DNA of 59,621 nucleotides, counting the filler, from Sluysia triapertura (taxonomy: Eukaryota), in NCBI GenBank assembly GCA_046118255.1. It is 5 parts of 5 records of this genome, joined end to end, with 100 filler letters (N's around TTAATTAATTAA, not from the genome) between each part and the next. Parts side by side here need not be neighbours in the genome. Positions count along the whole stretch, not along the records: positions 47,617 to 59,621 come from JBJNIA010148053.1; 4 more parts are not named here. One strand, written 5' to 3'. The notes beneath the pieces are model-generated. The model worked only from the letters and a program-made list of their open reading frames with translations, made no database searches and was not told the origin of the DNA. The position numbers and the translations under genes are program-made. This document shows, piece by piece, positions 53,210 through 59,621 of this stretch (position 1 is the first letter of the stretch; each line of letters opens with the position of its first letter).

Positions 53210-56200
53210 ATTTAATTGCTTTACTGCGGTATAAATTACATCTACAGTTCAAAATTGTGTAAGTATTGTAATAAATTTCGATGAATATCAATTTAGTTGC
53301 TTAAAATATAAATTACATATTAAGATGACTAAAAATTTTATGAGAAAAGAGAAACTAGTTACGGAAAATTGACAAAAAAATATAAAAATCGCCGATAAAT
53401 TATTCAAAAATTGTAGAATCATATGGTAAATCTAAGAAAAAACGGAGGTTAAATGTAAAATGGAAAAAATGTGTATATAGCTATAAATTTACTGCTATTC
53501 GGTATCACAAATCAATTTTATATTAAAACTTGCTTTAGATATGTTAGTTCAAACACTTCATTATCTCATCTCAATTGTTTTCTTCAGGCATGTATTTCGA
53601 TATTCGCGTATCAAATAATAATTTTTGTCATTACAAATATAAGTTGGTGAATCTATTTTCTAATCACTTTTTAATAATTGGTATTTTTCAAAAATTGAGG
53701 CGACATAGAGTTCTTTGAACTGTTACAACTAAAATGTTTAACATTAGTTTTATTATAAAATTGATGTTGGAACTCAGTAACAGTAGATTTTATATCGATA
53801 TATATCCATTATTTCCATTTTACATTTGGACCACTTTATTTGATCAGGGTACTTTGCATTTTTCTATCAATTCTCCATAACTGGCTCCTCTTTTTTCCTG
53901 TACAATTTTCCCATCCATTTTAATTGTCTTAATATACAATATATATAATTAAGTAATTCATTATAATCTTCGCTATGACCTGCGTAAAATTTTTCTGAAC
54001 AGCTAATTTTTATCATTAAGTTTTAGTAATAAGTAAAAGTAAGAATAGTTGTAACCATTTTTTACACAAAGCACTTTAATCATATGTGTTTTATTTTTAT
54101 GAATATATGCGATGAAGAGTGGTAGAAAAATTAATAACCCATACAAATCCTTATTAGTACAAGTTTACATGAAAATTGAGATCCTGTAATTAATTATAAT
54201 TTAAAAGATTAATATATAGAGCTACTCAAAAAGCAATACAAATTAGTTAATATAATATATAAATAGCAATTGAAATGCGTTGAAAATTTTCAATCAACTT
54301 CTCAAAAAATAAGCGTAAAGTTCGAGCGTATATGGTTTTTTCTCTCAATCCAGTTTTTATCGAATCTGTGACACTCCTCGAAAATGTGCAATTACTTTAT
54401 CTTGTTAAAAGTAACAATCTTTATGCTATAATCCATTCAGGATTTGGTAAACATTTTAATGTATATATGTATGCCACTCTGGGTATAGTATGTACAGTGA
54501 TATATTTATCATTTAATTCATATTGTTTGGTCTCATTAACAACACAAAGAAATCACTTGAGAAACCTAGGTTGAAGACATTTGTTATGTATCATTTGGTA
54601 AAATATTAATTAATAATTATATTGTGATAAAATGTGATAAAAACTAGTTTTCACATCTTTAGTAATTTTTTGTGAATTATTAGATGAAAATTATTTGTTA
54701 TTTTAAAATTAGAACTATTGTTTTACATTATCTAGAATCCTGTATTACAAGACATGACAGCAAACGATTTGAATTTTTTGACCTTGGTAGAAAAATACTT
54801 AGATAATATTTTGGAACCTGTTTATCGAGCTGTTGTTATAGAAACGTTCATGGTAATTGCTGTGATTTTGGAACGAAATATTGAATTATATTTTAATGAT
54901 GTACTTGATATTGATAAAATCATTAAAGAAGCTATAGAAGCGTATAAAAAAGATCATTTTAAAAAGTATGTTTGATTATAAATATTTACTTACAATTATG
55001 CAATCTTCTACATATTATAATCAACAATTACATTAAATTATGTTCTCATAATTGCACTTTCACTTATTGTAGGCAGGCACTATTATCTTGGTTGTTACTT
55101 TGTGACTAATTACTTCTGATTTAATAATTTATTTATGACCGTTTTCTTTTTTCAGTCTCGATAAATTGTAAAATTCGCTTTATTGAGGAACAATGCATTT
55201 TAAATTTCGTTACAAAATGGAGTAATTTTTCGGATTAATATGTATATATTTATTTAGGAATTTATAGCTAGGCAATTATCATAAAGTTTATATAACCTCC
55301 ATTTGCTTCAAATATTGATTTCATAAAAACCCAACGGCTGGCCCTAACTGGTAAGTCCAGTACGTTGGTGAATTCACCTTAAGCTAAGTTTTTATTCTAT
55401 TTGCTTTACTTTTCTAGCATAATGTATGAACTAACAATTTGCTTTACCTACTATTGTAAATCACATGATATTATACTCGAAATATTTATTATACTGTATG
55501 TCAAACAAAAGCTGTTGAACCCAAATGATTAGAATATTGTAAATTAAACTTTTTGGTGAATTTTCAATATTTCGAAGTAAGGGTAATACGATTTTCACTA
55601 TAGTCTTTGCATTTCGATTTGTCAATTCTGTATAATTTTATATTTAAAAGGATTTTTTATTAAAATTAAAATAATTTTATGTATTTACACATTTTTATTT
55701 ACAAATAAATCGATGCGAACTATGATAATTTGGCCAATTTTATATCTATATACTAACCCTTTCGCTGCGCAACACGTTTTGAAATTTTAAAACATGATGC
55801 GAAAATGAGACATTATTTTTACGAATATATACGTGTAGAGTAGTGAAAGGATTAAGTAAATTTATTGTATAATATGAAATTTAACCATATAATATATCAA
55901 GAATAAAAAGCTTTAATTTTATAATTAAATAAGCTAAAATTAGTTTTAAAAAATAAATTTGCTACTTATTAAATCGGGATGAAAATTTGTAATTTATCTT
56001 TGAGAGTTGAAACAATCCTAACAAAAATAACGTATCACTTAATTAATTGAATAAGAGAAATCCAGTTAATTGATATCCACCAAAACAAATTGATCTAGTT
56101 AAAAAATCTTATTCTTGTGTTAATATTTCTTTAAAGTTTTTCTTGATATTGAAAATTTGGTCTTTATGTTGAAAAAATAACAATTTTTTCACACTGCTTT

Positions 56201-56788
56201 ATTGCGTTTTATCTCACATAAAAATAGCAGAATGAATTGTCTTTGTATTGAACCGACACAAGTATATGTACCTGACATCATCCAATGAAAATTGCTTTAT
56301 AATGTTCTAGATTTTTCGATTTTTTTAATAAGTAGTATTTTTTCGAAAATTTCTTTTATGGAAATTATTATTCATGATTTTAAATTATTTTTTCTATCAA
56401 ATTTAGTGATTTTAAAGGATTGTGATGGCAACCTAACACATTGTTAACACTTATTAATTTATTAAATAATAAAAATCCTAATATTCTCAAAAGTTTGTAC
56501 CCATATTTGTATATACTTCAATAAAATGTATTAATTCTACTTTAAAAAATATTAACTTTTATTAATATTATTAAAATCCATAATTTAAAAATAATTTTTA
56601 TTTTAAAATTTTTCATTGTTTCTAGCTCAAATGCTAACGAATCAGATGTATGGCGTGCTTTTTATATGACTCCATGTAATATTCGACAAGGCACAATGAG
56701 TTACATAGCCAAAGCAGCTGTCGATCGTCTTTTGACAAGTGATATGAATTTGAACAATATAAATCGTGATGTCTGCTCTGTCTCATAA
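48766..56788 (+). CDS. PHKB: Phosphorylase kinase regulatory subunit beta, last four exons (48766-49062, 50945-51215, 54736-54965, 56626-56788)
   Basis: In-frame splicing gives VRY...SLAPSISAILVNGK, LQQEL, IRMG|WLVEAM, SPYEVKHLL, RQMDGCLNRAP, DMT..DLNF, LERN.EL.F.D..D.D, FY.TP...GT.SY and a terminal CaaX (CSVS). There is no alpha-type insertion before RQxDG. Confidence 0.92.
49605..50614 (+). mobile_element. Internally deleted piggyBac element in a PHKB intron
   Basis: TTAA|TAGCCAC ... GTGGCGA|TTAA termini; KLKKGEM...VVNW and KWYCKLVIEYILEISVVNAYI transposase remnants. Confidence 0.8.
50717..50878. mobile_element. piggyBac-type MITE
   Basis: TTAA|CCCTTTG ... CAAAGGG|TTAA. Confidence 0.8.
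51430..52050 (+). mobile_element. Tc1/mariner-superfamily element, internally deleted, catalytic C-terminus retained
   Basis: VGPFFFEGTVNGERYL, FQQDG, FPGHWIG, WPARFPDL, GGHFEHL*; inverted aaattagatatcaaaa / ttttgatatctaattt. Confidence 0.85.
52190..52500 (+). mobile_element. N-terminal HTH remnant of a Tc1/mariner-type transposase
   Basis: SIVQMQRWWR...GSLADTRRSGRP. Confidence 0.7.
53165..53210. repeat. (TA)n(TG)n microsatellite
   Basis: Direct reading. Confidence 0.95.
55324..55376 (+). ncRNA. Twister-like pseudoknot motif, copy X3 (sense strand of a PHKB intron)
   Basis: AAA-ACCCA-AC-G-GCUGG-CCCUAAC-UGGU-AA-GU-CCAGU-ACG-UUGGU-GA-AUUCA. Confidence 0.35.
55757..55851. mobile_element. Old piggyBac-type MITE (95 bp)
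   Basis: ctaa|ccctttcgctgcgcaacacgt ... acgtgtagagtagtgaaagga|ttaa, imperfect TIRs. Confidence 0.65.
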
Positions 56789-58499
56789 TGGGTGAATTTT
56801 ATTGAATGAGATCATTATTTTTTTTACTTTTTCTTTATATACATAAAGCTCCATTTTAGATGAAATTTTTTAATGAGTTATGTTGTACCTGTAATTTTAG
56901 ATTATTGCTCCAATTTAGAAATAAATAAATTCAGTTTTATTTATTCTTGCTCTATTACAAATTGCTACAATAATACAAATTTAATTTTACACAATGTGTA
57001 ACATAATGTTCATTTATTTTTCAAATTTTCTTTAAAATTATTTATTTTCAAAATAAAATTAAAATCATTATAGTGCTTTTATATTAATTTAAAATGAGAT
57101 TACAGAGAATTTAAAATTTAGTAACAATTAATTTTAAATTGAAATTGTACAATCATTTTAAAATGAGATTCTATATACACGATATGAAATTAAAATTTAT
57201 ATCAAACTTTAATAATTAAAAATTCGATTAAAATTATCTTTAAAAGCATGATTTAGAATATTATATGTAAGTTAAAGTCATATTAAATTGAGATTACATA
57301 GAAATAATATGTAATTAAAAATTAATAACACTATTTTGGATAAAAATTAACTCAAATTAAAGATTTGATAAAATAGACAAAAGTTTTATGTAATCAAAAT
57401 TTAAGGGCATTATAATCGAGTAAAATCATTTTAAATTATGATTAAATAAAAATAATATTAAATCAAAATTTAATAACACAAAATTCAGACCTGAAACTTA
57501 AAAATTATTAATTATTAATTCATAATAATCACCTAGTTCAAAATAATTATTAATGTTATCAGATATATAACCATTAGATATTAATATTCACTCTGAAAAT
57601 AGTCATTGTACAGTTAATTATTACTGTTATTAATGTAATTTTCAATTTATGCGTAATTTGTGTAAAATGTAATACAATTTATTAGTGTAATATTTTAATA
57701 ACATAATAGTTGTCAAAGAAATTTTATTAGCATTATTATATTATTATATTATTTTTTAATATTTATTAGATTATTAAATTATTACTAAAAAACATCAATA
57801 TCTTATTAAAAGTTCTATTAAATTTGACCTATTCAATTAGCATCAAACGCATGTTAAATTAGAATTAAAAGTCAACGACCTTAAGATTCTGAAAAATTAT
57901 AAGTAGCATTTAAAAAACGCTCAAAAACATTAATTGTGTGAACTATTTTGATAAAGCAGTATTCGTTATCTTACGTAATTACAATTGTTGTGCCTTTAAA
58001 TGTGAAGTTTAAATTATTACAAATCTTGTTAAAGCAGCATTAGTTTTTTTACTTGGATGTTTTAGCTTTGTAAAATAATTTTTGAGACTAGACATTTTAC
58101 AACATTCGTTTATATCGAATATTAAGTAAATGACAATATACCTGTTAAAAATCCTAAATTTGAAGTAAATTTTATTTACATATTTAAATTACATTATTTT
58201 TTCAAAAAAATTATTATTAAATAATAGCTAAACGATTACTTATCATTATTTTATTCTGATTATAATTTGCAGTTACATAATTTTTAATTACATGTCATTT
58301 CAAAATAATAATAATAATATCTAATCGAGTAATTATTACTATTTCGTTCTGATTATAATTTACAGTTATATAATTTTAATTGTTTGTGATTTCATAATAA
58401 TAAAATTACGTTCTAAATTTTTATATTATTTATTTTACATTCCTTAATTATTGTTCTTGTGTAATTAACTGCCCATATAGTAAAAAATTGTGAAATACG

Positions 58500-59550
58500 T
58501 GTTTGATAAATTCAGTTTTATTTCAATATACATTTTTAACGAGTTGACTTCTATTTCACGATAAATTGAAGAAACAAAGAGATAAACAATAATAGCAATA
58601 ACAGCACTACTGTATTTGACTTAACTTCAGATCACATCTAAATGATTAAAAATACAAAATTCTAAAGAAATTACGAAATAAATTCATCGTTAATAATTTT
58701 TTATGGTTGTTAACTATTGCTTTTAAGAATCAAAAAAATTATACCTTCTAGATTTACTTAACTAACCAAATTAAGCGCATAATAAAAGATAATTTCTCAT
58801 AATAACTAACTTGAATTTGATTTAAAAGAGAACAACATTTCTAACATTGAGAATATTTTCTTTAACCTCCAGTACTTCCATTTTCTTAATGGCTGACATC
58901 TATGTATCGGCCCTTGAGTGAGTAAGCCCGGTGTCGTAGAGGACTCATGTATAAAAACGCATAAATAAAAATATATTTAATTTATATTTTCCACAAATTC
59001 TCACATAATATAAACTGGTGCCCAGAGTGAGGACAAGCAGCATTGATTAAAATATAATAAAAGTATTATAAGTTTAAGTAAGCAAGTGAAAATATATTAA
59101 AATTAAAGATATAACCCTATAAAATAAAAGCGATTAAGTATTTTTAAGTTTCGATTATTATAAGTTTTACAAGAGTACCTTAAAATATAAAGTGAAAGTA
59201 AATAAGTAGAATATAAACTTCTACGTTACGAATTATTACAAGTTTTGATATAAAAGCTTATATCTAGTATATAATCGAAATACAATTAATAACCATAATT
59301 TAACAAACAGAAATTATATAGATATGCTCAATTTCATAATCAACATTTGATATGATCACGATTATTAGAAAGTTTTCTTAATACAGAAGATTCGGCAGCA
59401 TTAATAGAATCATTTTCAAAAATTGAACAGCTTAAATTACCAGAAAATTCACTATCAAAAGAATCAGCGATTGAATCTTCAACAATTACAAGTATTATGG
59501 AAATTATTAATTATTTGCTAATGCCAAATTACATGATATTATGCAATATT
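58500..59550 (+). mobile_element. 5' end of an LTR retrotransposon: LTR, primer-binding site (59016-59033) and decayed gag-like start
   Basis: TGGTGCCCAGAGTGAGGA is complementary to an elongator tRNA-Met-like 3' end (recalled as TGGTGCCCCGTGTGAGGA). Upstream DNA is homologous to about 35700-35900. LTR start approximate. Confidence 0.6.
58892..58947 (+). ncRNA. Twister-like pseudoknot motif, copy X2 (about 70 nt upstream of the PBS)
   Basis: ACA-UCUAU-GU-AUCGG-CCCUUGAG-UGAGU-AA-GC-CCGGU-GUC-GUAGA-GG-ACUCA. Confidence 0.4.
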
Positions 59551-59552
59551 AA

Positions 59553-59621
59553 CCCTTTCAGCCCCGGGACCGCCATATGGCGTCAATGGCGATTTTTTCT
59601 CTTACACAACTGCTATGCAAG
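59553..59621 (+). mobile_element. Left end of a piggyBac-type element inserted into the LTR element
   Basis: TTAA|CCCTTTC followed by an abrupt rise in GC. Confidence 0.55.

Noticed and set aside
1-59621. Fanzor/TnpB or other RNA-guided nuclease locus
   Set aside because: No RuvC or zinc-ribbon TnpB-like ORF seen; recognisable transposases are piggyBac, Tc1/mariner and pogo types.

Overview
Very AT-rich animal (invertebrate) genomic DNA with very short GT-AG introns (33-36 nt in the G-alpha-s gene). The window is not one locus: four 100-nt linkers (44 N + TTAATTAATTAA + 44 N) join five contigs of about 11-12.5 kb, and there is one plain N gap. Host genes: two exons of an MPDZ/PATJ-like PDZ protein, the first exon of a FERM protein, the 3' part of a thioester-less macroglobulin complement-related (Mcr-type TEP) gene, a disrupted FN3/receptor-PTP-like segment, the 5' six exons of G-alpha-s, a C2H2 zinc-finger/AT-hook gene and the last four exons of phosphorylase kinase beta. 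The rest is decayed mobile DNA (piggyBac, mariner/Tc1, pogo/Tigger, MITEs, RLE-type and other LINEs, a tRNA-derived SINE, an LTR with a tRNA-Met-like PBS), micro- and minisatellites, and a near-identical 3.7-kb duplication. Two non-coding families are the most unusual signals. (1) A dispersed family with arrays of 20-21-nt bulged-A hairpins that look like micro-exons between 32-40-nt introns, ending in a hairpin with compensatory base changes. (2) A twister-like pseudoknot motif in three copies, one just upstream of the LTR PBS. A pre-miRNA-like hairpin and a virus-like cluster of overlapping intronless ORFs also merit follow-up. All assignments come from manual reading and recalled family motifs; no searches were run.
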